Of a stretch of DNA of 64,000 bases, positions 9,955 through 20,163 are shown piece by piece. The DNA comes from a virus. Lineage: Duplodnaviria; Caudoviricetes. The stretch lies in IMG/VR virus record IMGVR_UViG_3300042361_000498. One strand, written 5' to 3'. The notes beneath the pieces were generated by a model. It searched no databases. It saw only the letters and a list, made by a program, of their open reading frames with translations, and was not told where the DNA came from. The stretch's first letter is position 1. Each line of letters begins with the position of its first letter. The position numbers and the translations under genes were made by a program.

Positions 9955-12900
9955 ATGGCTGCACCAAAACAAATAGGATATGATGATTATGGAAATCCAT
10001 TATTGGATGAATCTGGCGCACCTTTATTTATTGGTGAGGGTAGTGGTGGGAATCCAATAGGTTCACCAGCATTCGCACCCACTCCACCACCTGCTACTCT
10101 TCCCCAGTCCACATCATATACATTTCGTCTTGAAAACATAACTGGTGATGATGTAGTATTTTCTTATCAAGCTCCTAATTCTGTTTATAAAAATGTAACT
10201 GTTTTTGCATATTCAAACAGAGAAGTTTGTGCTATACCAGACACATTTACATATCCACCTGGTTTAGATGTTACTCAATTAAGTCCCTGTGATAATCCAA
10301 CTGGTGGAACTCCATCAACACCGGGTGGAAGTACCGAACCGATTGATGGTATTGGGCGAACTCCTGCACCTGTATCTGCAACTAAATTTAATCTTAGAAT
10401 TATAAGTGCAAATGCTGCTGGTAGTACTCAAAAATATGTAATAAATGGAAAAGAATATTCCGAAGCAACTAATTATGAGTTTGATATAAATGATTTTAAG
10501 AATGCAGTTGAAATTATACCAAATTACAACAATAAATTATATAATTTAAAAAACGCGTTTAGAATACATACACAACGTAGTGGAACATTAGCTATTTTTG
10601 AAACTCTAACAAAGTATGGTTCTGATAATTCTGGTTCCGAAATTAATAGATTTTTTGATACATTCCCAACAGATATTACAGTAACATTTGATTATGAACC
10701 ATTTGCATTACCACCCCCAACAAATGATTCTGTTGAATTACAACTTGAATTGGATGGTCAAAGTGAGTCTGCAGTAGTTTTATTAGATAGTGGAGTGGAA
10801 TATCTTGTAAAATCTGGATATTCGGTAATAAATGTTAAATTAGGCAGTACTTTTAAATTATATTCCAATGGTAGCGATTATAATGTAACAAGATTACTTG
10901 GTATAGAATCACAAGGTGATAGAGATGTTACTGCATTTGATTTAAATGCCAATGCAACAACACCCTCACTTGAATTAAGTTATAGAGTAAAACAATCAGT
11001 AAAAGTTTTCATAACAACTAATTCGGTACAAAGGGTTGAAAGTAGACCAAAAATAGTTCCTGGTATTAGTTTTACTGCTGGTGATAGTAGAGAATATAAT
11101 ACAAATTCTGAAACTGGTGTTGCATTTACAATCGGAAAATCTGGCGGTGTAAGCAGAATTAGAGTATCTGTAAATAATCAAGAATACACATTTAGTGATT
11201 TAGGCAGTGATGGTGAAACAATAATTTATTTACCTGATGCAGCATTCCCAACACCTGGTCAATATAGAATTATAATGGTCCCATCCAATGGAAATGGTGA
11301 TGGGAATCCAATAGAAGGACTTGTAAGTGCATTTGCAGATTTTTGGGTAGGTGTTCCTGATATTAGAGATATTGTATATCCATCGGTATTAAGAGGACCT
11401 GATTATACTGGAACTAATGTTGATTTTGATTTAAGTTATAAAACAGTTAATGCTGATTTTGTTAGAATATCAAAAGAGGGTAGTTCACAATATATTCAAG
11501 GACCTGCATCTGGTACTATAAAATTAAATGTACAACAAATTTTAGATTTAGATAATACTCTTACTTCGGAAGATGAAGATAAGATTTCATTTACTTTAAA
11601 ATTAGTTGCATATAACATAAGTGGGTTATCACCTGTTATAAGTAGAGAAGAATTTATTACAATTCTATTTGATAAGGGTGATTTAATAATCCCAAGACCA
11701 TTAGCAATGAATAGAATTGCCGATGGTTTCTTTTCACAATTTAATACAAATGTATTTGCAGATGAAACTTCAAAATATTTAACACACTTATTACATTTAG
11801 GCGATGGTGATAACAAAGTAGTTACTACGTGGGTTGGAAGTGATAATAGTTTAATATTAAAATTATACGAACCATTAACAACGGCAGTACAAGCAAATCA
11901 ACAAGTTTGGATTTCAAAATTACAATCAAATCCAATTGTTGAAACTGTAACTTTAAAAAACGAAGTAGATGAATTTTGCCCTCCATTAAAAGGACCTAAT
12001 TTCAGTTTAGATACATCCGTTGGTATTGGATATAAAGTGTTTGATGAATTGACTGCAAGTGGTTCATATACTTCAAACGATATTGTAAACAAATATTTGG
12101 AGGGTAATGGAATTGATACATCTAAATTAAATATATCATATGCAAGTGGTTCTGTTTATTTGTTTAATAATTTTGTAAATTTTAGTTCTGCTGAAGAAAG
12201 AGTAAATAACTTTTTTTATAAAGTACAATTAATAGAAACTTATAAAGATAAATATACAAGATTAATAGCAGATACATTTACAAATCCATACATAGATTTA
12301 CAATCAAATTTATTAGCAGAATATGACGCTACAAATGCAGATGTATTTTTAACAACATATAGTTCTCAAAACAATGCAAATTTAATAACTGAAGATACTA
12401 TATTTGATTTAATTCAATGGGAGATTAATCAACCAAAAGGTACTGCTCAAATTTCCGAAGCTAAAAATATATTAGAAAAAGCAAATGTTTTAATTAGAGG
12501 ACTTGATGGATTTGAAAAATGGTTATATACGGATTTAATATATTCAGATAGTTTATCATACCCAAAAACTACTTCAACAAACGGTCTTACTGGTTTAACT
12601 ACTTATGTTTTAAAACCAACTACCGATAGTGAAGTTACTGCTTGGTATGAATCTTTAATTAATTTGGCGTATGAATTTGACAAATACAATCCAAATTATT
12701 TAGTAAACAATATACCTGAATTTATAAAAGAAGATTATGATAATAATGATTTCATACTTTTCTTAGATATGATTGGGCAACATTTTGATATTATTTGGGT
12801 TTATATTAAAGCATTATCTGGAAACAAATTATTAGAAGAAAAACAATTTAAAGGAGCTACAAATAATCTTATATATTACCTATTGGAATCAATGGGTTGG

Positions 12901-15318
12901 GATGGTAAGAGAGCGTTTGATTCACAATTCCTTTGGGAGTATGCGTTTGGAACTGATAGAGAAGGTAATCAAAAATATGGAATGCCATTGGAAGATGCAA
13001 ACAATCAAGTTTGGAGAAGAATCCTAAACAACCTACCATATTTATTAAAACATAAAGGTACATCCAGAGCTATGAAAGCAGCTATGGCTTGTTATGGTGT
13101 TCCCCAATCCATGTTAACAATTATGGAATATGGTGGACCGCAAGACCCAACAAAAGATGGTACTACTAAATTTACATTTGATGATAGAACTGCTGCAATT
13201 AAATTAAACTCTGGTTCATATAATTCTTCTGTTGTTGTTCCTTGGAAATCAATAAATGGTTCATATCCACAAGGTATTGAATTTAGAATAAAACCTGATA
13301 ACGTACATAATACAACTATTATATCATCATCTCAATTTAAATTAGATATAATACAAACAACAGGTTCTTTTGCAACTTTACGATTTGGATTGGGTGGTAA
13401 TGCAATATCAGCAGGACCTTATATAGAAACGCCATTTACATCTGCATCCGTATCAACTACTTATTTTACAGCATCTATTGAATATGTGCTGGGGCCTGAT
13501 ACTGTTAGTGGTAGTTCTAATTTTCCATTATCTACCGAATATTATAGTAATGTTTTAATAAATAGATATCAATTAGGAGGTCAATTTTCATCCGCATCAC
13601 GTTATGAGGTATTACTAAAAACATCCGATGGACAACGAATTGTGAATTCCGTGAGTATGTCTTTTGTTAGTACAAAGGAATATTGGGAAAGTGGTTCTAA
13701 TTTAACAATAGGTAAAGATTTTGATGGTAACTTAGATGAGTTTAGATTATGGAGAGTTCCACTGCAACCATCTAAATTAGAAAATCACACATTACACCCA
13801 GATGCTATAAATGGAAATTCATATACTTCATCAACGGCTGATTTATTATTTAGATTAGATTTCGAATATCCAAAAAATAGAATATTAGACCCATATATTA
13901 AAAACGTTGCTATAAACACAACATATGGTGAAAATTATGCTACGGCTAGTAATATGTACCCCGCTACACTATATCCGTATCAATACACTCCATATGATAG
14001 AACTGTAACAGCAACTGTACCATCGTTGGGATTAAATTATTCCAATAAAATTCGTTTTGAAGAACAAACTTTAGTTGGAGATTTATCTCATAAAGTAAGA
14101 GCAACTCAAAAAGCGTTTGATAGAGCACCAATAGATTCAAATAGATTAGGTATATTCTTATCTCCAATTAAGGAGTTAAATATGGATATTGTAAGAGCAT
14201 TTGGTGATTTTAATATTGATAACTATATTGGTGACCCATCGGATGATTATAAAGATAATTATACAGAATTAACTAATTTAAGAACTTATTATTTCCAAAG
14301 ATTAAATAGAAACATATACGAATACATTCAATTGGTTAGATATATTGATAAATCTTTATTTGATGTATTGGAAGATTTGGCACCAGCTAGAGCAAAGGTA
14401 TCTAAAGGTTTATTAATTGAACCGCATTATTTAGAAAGAAGTAAAACTAAATGGAGTAAGCCTGAATCCGAAAGAGGTGATTATGAAACATTAATAAACA
14501 CATTTGAAGATAAGAAAATTGAATTAACTTATGAATCTAAAGATGCTTTAATAGATGCATCTACTCAAGTTAATTTAGAAGGAGATACTCCAAACTATGA
14601 TACTATAATAAATGCAGAAGATGTATATACATTGGAAGCAACTAATCCAAACTACGATACATTAATAAATACTAATGATAATATTATAATTGAAACCGAA
14701 TATCCAACATACCCACCTACTGGTTCTGTTAATATTGATTGTAACTTGGGTTCAAAAATATTAGCTGAAGTAGATTCGTTTACAACTACTATTATTGGAT
14801 TTGACCCTAACTCAATTGCTAATGCAGGATTTGGATTATATGCAGAAAATGGTAATAGTATTATTAGAAAAATAGAACCGGTATTTGGAAACTTTGAAAC
14901 AACTGGTAGTAGAAGTAGTGTATTTTTAGTAAAAGAGCAATACAATACAAAAATATCAACTCAATTAAAAGGTTGGCCTACAATTGGTGCTTTACCTGGT
15001 GAGCAAGTATATTATGAAGATGTAGATGTAACAAATTACAGATATAAAGTTTCAATTTTACCATTTAGTGGAAGTATTAACGTTGGAAACGATACTGTTG
15101 AAGTAGTGGCATTAAATGGATATTTTCCATCACACTATAAATTTGTAAATAATTTATCGGAAGGAATGCAACGTTCTTACTTTAAAGGTTCTTTACAAAC
15201 ATCGGGTTCAACGCCAGATGGTTTAGCTGCAGTTGAAACATTTACAACTAATCCTAACATACTTAGAGTATCTAAAACAGGTAGAGGAAGTGGTGAACCA
15301 ATACTTGTTGTTGACTAA
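9955..15318 (+). CDS. Large baseplate/tail structural protein (1787 aa) with beta-sandwich and LamG-like segments
   Basis: LamG-like FDGNLDEFRLW motif; wedge-like WRRILNNLPYLLKHKGT motif; late-type motif upstream. Confidence 0.7.
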   Translation: MAAPKQIGYDDYGNPLLDESGAPLFIGEGSGGNPIGSPAFAPTPPPATLPQSTSYTFRLENITGDDVVFSYQAPNSVYKNVTVFAYSNREVCAIPDTFTYPPGLDVTQLSPCDNPTGGTPSTPGGSTEPIDGIGRTPAPVSATKFNLRIISANAAGSTQKYVINGKEYSEATNYEFDINDFKNAVEIIPNYNNKLYNLKNAFRIHTQRSGTLAIFETLTKYGSDNSGSEINRFFDTFPTDITVTFDYEPFALPPPTNDSVELQLELDGQSESAVVLLDSGVEYLVKSGYSVINVKLGSTFKLYSNGSDYNVTRLLGIESQGDRDVTAFDLNANATTPSLELSYRVKQSVKVFITTNSVQRVESRPKIVPGISFTAGDSREYNTNSETGVAFTIGKSGGVSRIRVSVNNQEYTFSDLGSDGETIIYLPDAAFPTPGQYRIIMVPSNGNGDGNPIEGLVSAFADFWVGVPDIRDIVYPSVLRGPDYTGTNVDFDLSYKTVNADFVRISKEGSSQYIQGPASGTIKLNVQQILDLDNTLTSEDEDKISFTLKLVAYNISGLSPVISREEFITILFDKGDLIIPRPLAMNRIADGFFSQFNTNVFADETSKYLTHLLHLGDGDNKVVTTWVGSDNSLILKLYEPLTTAVQANQQVWISKLQSNPIVETVTLKNEVDEFCPPLKGPNFSLDTSVGIGYKVFDELTASGSYTSNDIVNKYLEGNGIDTSKLNISYASGSVYLFNNFVNFSSAEERVNNFFYKVQLIETYKDKYTRLIADTFTNPYIDLQSNLLAEYDATNADVFLTTYSSQNNANLITEDTIFDLIQWEINQPKGTAQISEAKNILEKANVLIRGLDGFEKWLYTDLIYSDSLSYPKTTSTNGLTGLTTYVLKPTTDSEVTAWYESLINLAYEFDKYNPNYLVNNIPEFIKEDYDNNDFILFLDMIGQHFDIIWVYIKALSGNKLLEEKQFKGATNNLIYYLLESMGWDGKRAFDSQFLWEYAFGTDREGNQKYGMPLEDANNQVWRRILNNLPYLLKHKGTSRAMKAAMACYGVPQSMLTIMEYGGPQDPTKDGTTKFTFDDRTAAIKLNSGSYNSSVVVPWKSINGSYPQGIEFRIKPDNVHNTTIISSSQFKLDIIQTTGSFATLRFGLGGNAISAGPYIETPFTSASVSTTYFTASIEYVLGPDTVSGSSNFPLSTEYYSNVLINRYQLGGQFSSASRYEVLLKTSDGQRIVNSVSMSFVSTKEYWESGSNLTIGKDFDGNLDEFRLWRVPLQPSKLENHTLHPDAINGNSYTSSTADLLFRLDFEYPKNRILDPYIKNVAINTTYGENYATASNMYPATLYPYQYTPYDRTVTATVPSLGLNYSNKIRFEEQTLVGDLSHKVRATQKAFDRAPIDSNRLGIFLSPIKELNMDIVRAFGDFNIDNYIGDPSDDYKDNYTELTNLRTYYFQRLNRNIYEYIQLVRYIDKSLFDVLEDLAPARAKVSKGLLIEPHYLERSKTKWSKPESERGDYETLINTFEDKKIELTYESKDALIDASTQVNLEGDTPNYDTIINAEDVYTLEATNPNYDTLINTNDNIIIETEYPTYPPTGSVNIDCNLGSKILAEVDSFTTTIIGFDPNSIANAGFGLYAENGNSIIRKIEPVFGNFETTGSRSSVFLVKEQYNTKISTQLKGWPTIGALPGEQVYYEDVDVTNYRYKVSILPFSGSINVGNDTVEVVALNGYFPSHYKFVNNLSEGMQRSYFKGSLQTSGSTPDGLAAVETFTTNPNILRVSKTGRGSGEPILVVD

Positions 15319-15371
15319 TTGGAAAATAAAAATAAGTTATATTTATATAATATAGAATAAACGAATAAAAA

Positions 15372-16001
15372 ATGGCATATTTAGATAATACAGAAATAAC
15401 AGTAGATGCAATACTTACCAAAAAAGGTAGACAAAAATTAGCATCTGGACAATCTCTAAACATCACAAAATTCGCATTAGGTGATGATGAGATTGATTAT
15501 ACATTGTATGAGCCGGCACACCCAAAAGGTTCGGCATATTATGATTCTGCTATCAGAGCAATTCCGGTAACGGAAGCAACTCCTGATGAGACTCAAATAT
15601 TAAGATACAAATTAGTAACTCTTCCAAAAGGAACAACTCAAATACCAATAGTTAAATTGGGTGTAACAGCAATTTCAGTAAATCAAACTGAAGGTGGTGT
15701 ATCGTTATCACCAACAACATCTCCTGCTGGAAATACAAACGCTGGATACACTGTGGTGTTGGCTGACCAAAGAGCTGGTACATTGACAGTAACCAATGGA
15801 ACAACTGGAACTGGTACGGTACCTGTTTTCTTAGGTGAAGAAATTACAACAACTGCACAAGTAGTTAGTGGTTTAGAATTTAGATTTACTCCAAATCCTA
15901 ACTTAACTATTGATGTTGCAACTACATTGACAGTATATGGTAATGATACGGGTGGTTCTGAAACAATTCCAGTAACTGTGATATACAAACAAAGAATATA
16001 A
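15372..16001 (+). CDS. Baseplate/fibre-attachment protein (tail-collar-like N-terminus)
   Basis: ILTKKGRQKLASGQSLNITKFALGD resembles the N-terminal half of P2 gpH-type tail-collar domains. Confidence 0.55.
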   Translation: MAYLDNTEITVDAILTKKGRQKLASGQSLNITKFALGDDEIDYTLYEPAHPKGSAYYDSAIRAIPVTEATPDETQILRYKLVTLPKGTTQIPIVKLGVTAISVNQTEGGVSLSPTTSPAGNTNAGYTVVLADQRAGTLTVTNGTTGTGTVPVFLGEEITTTAQVVSGLEFRFTPNPNLTIDVATTLTVYGNDTGGSETIPVTVIYKQRI

Positions 16002-16013
16002 TAAAATAAGACA

Positions 16014-17264
16014 ATGGCAATAATTAATGATATTAATATAACCTCACAAATTGCAGCATTGGCAAATGGTGGAAATTTGGATACCAACGCTTTGGTATCT
16101 TTATTAAACTCGGCATTACCAGCTGGACAACAATTATCTTCAGGTGGTACTACCAACGCAATTGGTATCTACAAAAGATTTGGTGAGTTTGATAAAGTAA
16201 ACGCAAAAGTAGAAGTTGTAACAACTGGATTATGGTCTAACGATTCTGGTTCATTAACTACATTTTTTACATCATCAACGCAAGTTGCACAAAATAGTGG
16301 ACAATACTACTATAATGTATATGATAAAAATACAGCAACCGATTCAACTACTGAAGTTCAATTTGCAGTAGCATACGGACACGTAGATGGTAGTGGTTCA
16401 ATGACATTGAATTTAAACGATAATTCATTACAAGCATCCAAAGCAACTTATGCACAATATCGTTCAATTTTATTAGACCCAACAGATACTAAATTCTCAT
16501 TTGAAAATAGTTCTACAACTTTAGTTGATTCGAATGATATATATGTTATCAATTTAAGTAGAAATAGATTTAGAGAGAAAATGGATGCTGGAAACTGGTC
16601 ATTACCACTTTCTGGTTCTAATGGTTTATTTACTTTTATTGATAATAGTGGTAAGAAATTTAGTGATGAGAGTGGATTAAGTGGACGAGTATTTAAAGTT
16701 GTTGAAGGTAACTTAAATTTAGGTACACAAAGTGAAGCAACTATTACAAGTACAACCGATGCAACATCTGGTGAAGGATATGGTTTATTTTATCCTGATA
16801 GAGGTATTATTGTTCTTAATCCAAGAGCAATTGGTAATAAGGTAGGAAACGTTTGGAACGAAGCATTTCAAACTGTAGGTCATTTAGCACCTGGTGGTGC
16901 TGGAGCAACATCTGCACCTGATAATTCAACATCAACTGCGGCTGAACAATATTATCATAAGAGATTGTACTACGCAATTAAAAATGGTAAAGATTTTGAA
17001 GCAAGAAGAACTGAAAATGTATCAACACAACATTTCTTTGTAAGAGCAACAAATAGAGAGTTTAACTACTCCAACAATCCAACATATGTAAATGTAGATG
17101 GTACATTTAGTGAAACAACTTTTAAAACTGACCCATATACTTACATTACAACGATTGGTTTAATGAATGATTCAAATGAATTGATTGCGGTGGCTAAAAC
17201 ATCTCAACCAATTGCAAAATCATTTGATAAGGAAGTTTTAATTAAAGTTAAATTATCATTCTAA
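16014..17264 (+). CDS. Baseplate/fibre-attachment structural protein
   Basis: C-terminal YITTIGLMNDSNELIAVAK resembles the C-terminal half of the tail-collar domain; paralogous to the next gene. Confidence 0.6.
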   Translation: MAIINDINITSQIAALANGGNLDTNALVSLLNSALPAGQQLSSGGTTNAIGIYKRFGEFDKVNAKVEVVTTGLWSNDSGSLTTFFTSSTQVAQNSGQYYYNVYDKNTATDSTTEVQFAVAYGHVDGSGSMTLNLNDNSLQASKATYAQYRSILLDPTDTKFSFENSSTTLVDSNDIYVINLSRNRFREKMDAGNWSLPLSGSNGLFTFIDNSGKKFSDESGLSGRVFKVVEGNLNLGTQSEATITSTTDATSGEGYGLFYPDRGIIVLNPRAIGNKVGNVWNEAFQTVGHLAPGGAGATSAPDNSTSTAAEQYYHKRLYYAIKNGKDFEARRTENVSTQHFFVRATNREFNYSNNPTYVNVDGTFSETTFKTDPYTYITTIGLMNDSNELIAVAKTSQPIAKSFDKEVLIKVKLSF

Positions 17265-17289
17265 TAGAATTAATTAGATAAAGTATAAG

Positions 17290-17319
17290 ACCCCCAATTC
17301 GTTGGGGGTTTTTCTTTTT
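17290..17319 (+). terminator. Rho-independent terminator
   Basis: ACCCCCAA-TTCG-TTGGGGGT stem with UUCG loop followed by TTTTCTTTTT. Confidence 0.85.
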
Positions 17320-17351
17320 ATTAATATTTATATAAAAGTAAAACAAATCAA

Positions 17352-18323
17352 ATGCTTAAACCAATACCAAAATCAGATATCATTGTTAGACCTATAACAG
17401 TTTACAAAGAATGGTCTTTGGATGAAAATGATGTATTTCCAATATTTGCTTTAAGTGGAAGTAGTGGTAATTTCGATGATGAGTTTGATGAAACAAGTAA
17501 TGGATTTTCTAAAAAAAGTTTATACGCATCAATAAAATCACAATTTTACAGAAATTCTTCAACTGCATCAATTTTAACAGAAGTTGGTTTACGAAAATCA
17601 TATGCATCTACCGATGAAAGAAATTTAGAAGATGAGGTGGTGGTATTTTCAATTCCACAAATATACATTGGTGAGGGTATTAAAATTGGTAGTGTTGTTT
17701 TATTAGATGATGATACTAATAGAACTTTAACGGATGATGGTTATTCAAACCTTATAGATTCTGGTAGTAATATTAAAGGTAATATATTTTATGATAGGGG
17801 ATTAATAGTTGTGGCTAAAGATATTACATCCGGCTCAAACTTTAATACTTTTAGATTAAATTATCGTTCTACTAAAACAATTTATGAAAACGAAATATTC
17901 ATATCGGTTTTAGAGCATGAATTTAATTATTCTCAAAATCCATCTGCTGTATATGAAGATGGGGCAACTTATGATATGATAACCGTTACTAATAGAAATG
18001 ATGTAACTGGAGCTAACACATATTCAAAACCAATTTATAAAAGTGGTGTAAAATATGTAAAGAAAAAAACCAATTTACCAAATGGTGATGGTTCTTTGGA
18101 TTTTAGGATACAATCAAATATAGACCCAACAAAATATGGTAGTTGGGATGATTATGATGAATATATTTCAACAGACCCTACCGGTTCATATTTAGCACCA
18201 TATATTACAACAATTGGATTATATGATGATGATTTAAATATGGTTGCTGTTGCAAAATTACCACAACCAATAAAATCATTGCCTGATTTTCCAGTAAACT
18301 TTATTATAAGATTTGATACTTAA
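17352..18323 (+). CDS. Structural protein, paralog of 16014..17264
   Basis: Shared motifs (GNIFYDRGLIVV vs GLFYPDRGIIVL; EFNYSQNP vs EFNYSNNP; YITTIGLYDDDLNMVAVAKLPQP). Confidence 0.6.
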   Translation: MLKPIPKSDIIVRPITVYKEWSLDENDVFPIFALSGSSGNFDDEFDETSNGFSKKSLYASIKSQFYRNSSTASILTEVGLRKSYASTDERNLEDEVVVFSIPQIYIGEGIKIGSVVLLDDDTNRTLTDDGYSNLIDSGSNIKGNIFYDRGLIVVAKDITSGSNFNTFRLNYRSTKTIYENEIFISVLEHEFNYSQNPSAVYEDGATYDMITVTNRNDVTGANTYSKPIYKSGVKYVKKKTNLPNGDGSLDFRIQSNIDPTKYGSWDDYDEYISTDPTGSYLAPYITTIGLYDDDLNMVAVAKLPQPIKSLPDFPVNFIIRFDT

Positions 18324-18363
18324 AAAGTTATTGTGTTATATTTATAATTAAACAATTAAAACA

Positions 18364-18552
18364 ATGGCATCTATATTAGAATTATTTGGTGAAAACGGTC
18401 CAAAAACTTCACAAATTAATAAAAAAGGTAAAGATAAAACTCCAATATCAGAAGATGGTGGAATGAATTTAGCAAACGAAGCAAATTTAGCAAAAGCTAG
18501 ACAAGGAAAATTAAATTCAAAATTCTACTCTGATTCGGTAGTAAAGAAATAA
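18364..18552 (+). CDS. Small hypothetical protein
   Basis: 62-aa ORF with late-type motif 18 nt upstream, abutting the next gene. Confidence 0.65.
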   Translation: MASILELFGENGPKTSQINKKGKDKTPISEDGGMNLANEANLAKARQGKLNSKFYSDSVVKK

Positions 18553-18553
18553 A

Positions 18554-18961
18554 ATGAATTGGTTATATGAGGGAAATATTGTTACGGAGGAAGACGTGCC
18601 TGTTGGTGCGGTGGGATTCGTATATAAAATAATTCACACTCCAACTGGTAGATACTATATAGGTAAGAAATCACTTACATCAACTAGAAAATTAGCACCA
18701 CTCAAAGGACAAAAAAGAAAAAGAACAGTAACCAAATCTTCGGATTGGGAAAAATACTATTCTTCAAACGATTGGATTAAAGAGCAAGTAAAGGAAGGTA
18801 AAGCTGACGAGTTCAGTAGAGAAATCATCCAATATTGTTTCTCTAAGAAATCATTAACATATTACGAAATCTATTGGCAGTTTCATTATAATGTACTTGC
18901 CGATGATAATGCAATAAACGAAAACCTAATGGGTAAATTCTATCGTAGGGATTTACTTTAA
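18554..18961 (+). CDS. GIY-YIG nuclease (T4 EndoII/Seg-like, catalytic domain only)
   Basis: GFVY...RYYIGKK, SDWEKYYSS, LTYYE, and the conserved Asn in NENLMG. Confidence 0.8.
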   Translation: MNWLYEGNIVTEEDVPVGAVGFVYKIIHTPTGRYYIGKKSLTSTRKLAPLKGQKRKRTVTKSSDWEKYYSSNDWIKEQVKEGKADEFSREIIQYCFSKKSLTYYEIYWQFHYNVLADDNAINENLMGKFYRRDLL

Positions 18962-18972
18962 ACACAAAAGTT

Positions 18973-19173
18973 ATGACAATACCTGAAATATCAAAAAAAT
19001 ACGGAATCTCCGAAGCATATTTAAATGCAAAAGATGATGCAGTACAAATTGCGGCAGCATCTATATTAGATTTAAAAGCTATGGTTGAGCAAAATCATCC
19101 AAAAGAAGTTATCACAAAGAAAATGCAGTTTTTAGCAGATTTCTTATATGATGTAAAAAATTCCAATCATTAA
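18973..19173 (+). CDS. Small hypothetical protein
   Basis: 66-aa ORF in operon context. Confidence 0.65.
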   Translation: MTIPEISKKYGISEAYLNAKDDAVQIAAASILDLKAMVEQNHPKEVITKKMQFLADFLYDVKNSNH

Positions 19174-19205
19174 TTTGGAATTGTAAAATAATCTTCGTAT
19201 ATTTG
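19174..19205 (+). promoter_or_regulatory. Bacteroidota sigma-A type promoter (-33 TTTG / -7 TATATTTG)
   Basis: TTTG-N20-TATATTTG, an exact match to the TTTG-N19-21-TAnnTTTG consensus, upstream of the primase. Confidence 0.8.
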
Positions 19206-19224
19206 TAAGATTATAATCCAAATT

Positions 19225-20163
19225 ATGCTATCTGGTAAAAATAAAATTGTAGTTATATCGATTTTAGACACAACGCTTGGTGTTGGTTCATCTCTTAAAG
19301 GAAATGAGCAACAACACCATTGTCCATTTTGCCATCATCACAAAAAGAAACTACAAGTCAATTTAGATACACAGCAATGGCATTGTTGGGTGTGTAACTC
19401 CAAAGGTCGTTCCATCTCATCTCTTCTTCGTAAACTAAATGTTGATAGGAGGGATTTGGATAGATTACATAAAATCTATGGAGATGAACCAGCATACTCA
19501 CCAACGGAAGAGTATGTAATCAAACTACAATTACCAAAGGAGTTCAAACAATTACATTTTAAACCATCGGGTCTATTTAATCCAATTTACACCAAAGCAA
19601 TCCATTACCTAAAACAAAGAGGTATAAAGGATTCGGAGATTGTAAAATATAACATTGGATATTGTGAAGATGGATTATATGGGGGTAGGGTTATTATACC
19701 ATCCTATGATGAGAGTGGTGAGTTAAACTATTTTATTGCTCGTTCTTTTTATGAGGATGAAAAGATGAAATACAAAAACCCACCTGTCAATAGAGATGTT
19801 ATTGTATTTGAGAATCAAATAAATTGGAATGAACCTATCACATTAGTTGAAGGAGCATTTGATGCATTTTCCGTAAAGAGAAATGTAATTCCTTTATTGG
19901 GTAAATTCCTATTAAGTAAATTGAAGAATAAGATTTTTGAAAAAGGTGTAAAAGAAATCACCATAATGTTAGATTCGGATGCTATTGAAGATTCCACAAA
20001 GCATTCAGAATGGTTTATTAAAAACGGAATTAAAGTTAAGAATATAATACCTAACGGCAAAGATGCCGGAGAGTTGGGATACGAAAGAGTAAACGAACTT
20101 ATTAAAACTACTACTGAAACTGGTTGGGATGATTTAGTCCTTGCCAAATTAAACAACGTATGA
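19225..20163 (+). CDS. DNA primase (DnaG/gp61-like; Zn finger plus TOPRIM)
   Basis: HCPFCHH...WHCWVC zinc knuckle, GRVIIP, LVEGAFDA and MLDSDA TOPRIM motifs. Confidence 0.9.
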   Translation: MLSGKNKIVVISILDTTLGVGSSLKGNEQQHHCPFCHHHKKKLQVNLDTQQWHCWVCNSKGRSISSLLRKLNVDRRDLDRLHKIYGDEPAYSPTEEYVIKLQLPKEFKQLHFKPSGLFNPIYTKAIHYLKQRGIKDSEIVKYNIGYCEDGLYGGRVIIPSYDESGELNYFIARSFYEDEKMKYKNPPVNRDVIVFENQINWNEPITLVEGAFDAFSVKRNVIPLLGKFLLSKLKNKIFEKGVKEITIMLDSDAIEDSTKHSEWFIKNGIKVKNIIPNGKDAGELGYERVNELIKTTTETGWDDLVLAKLNNV

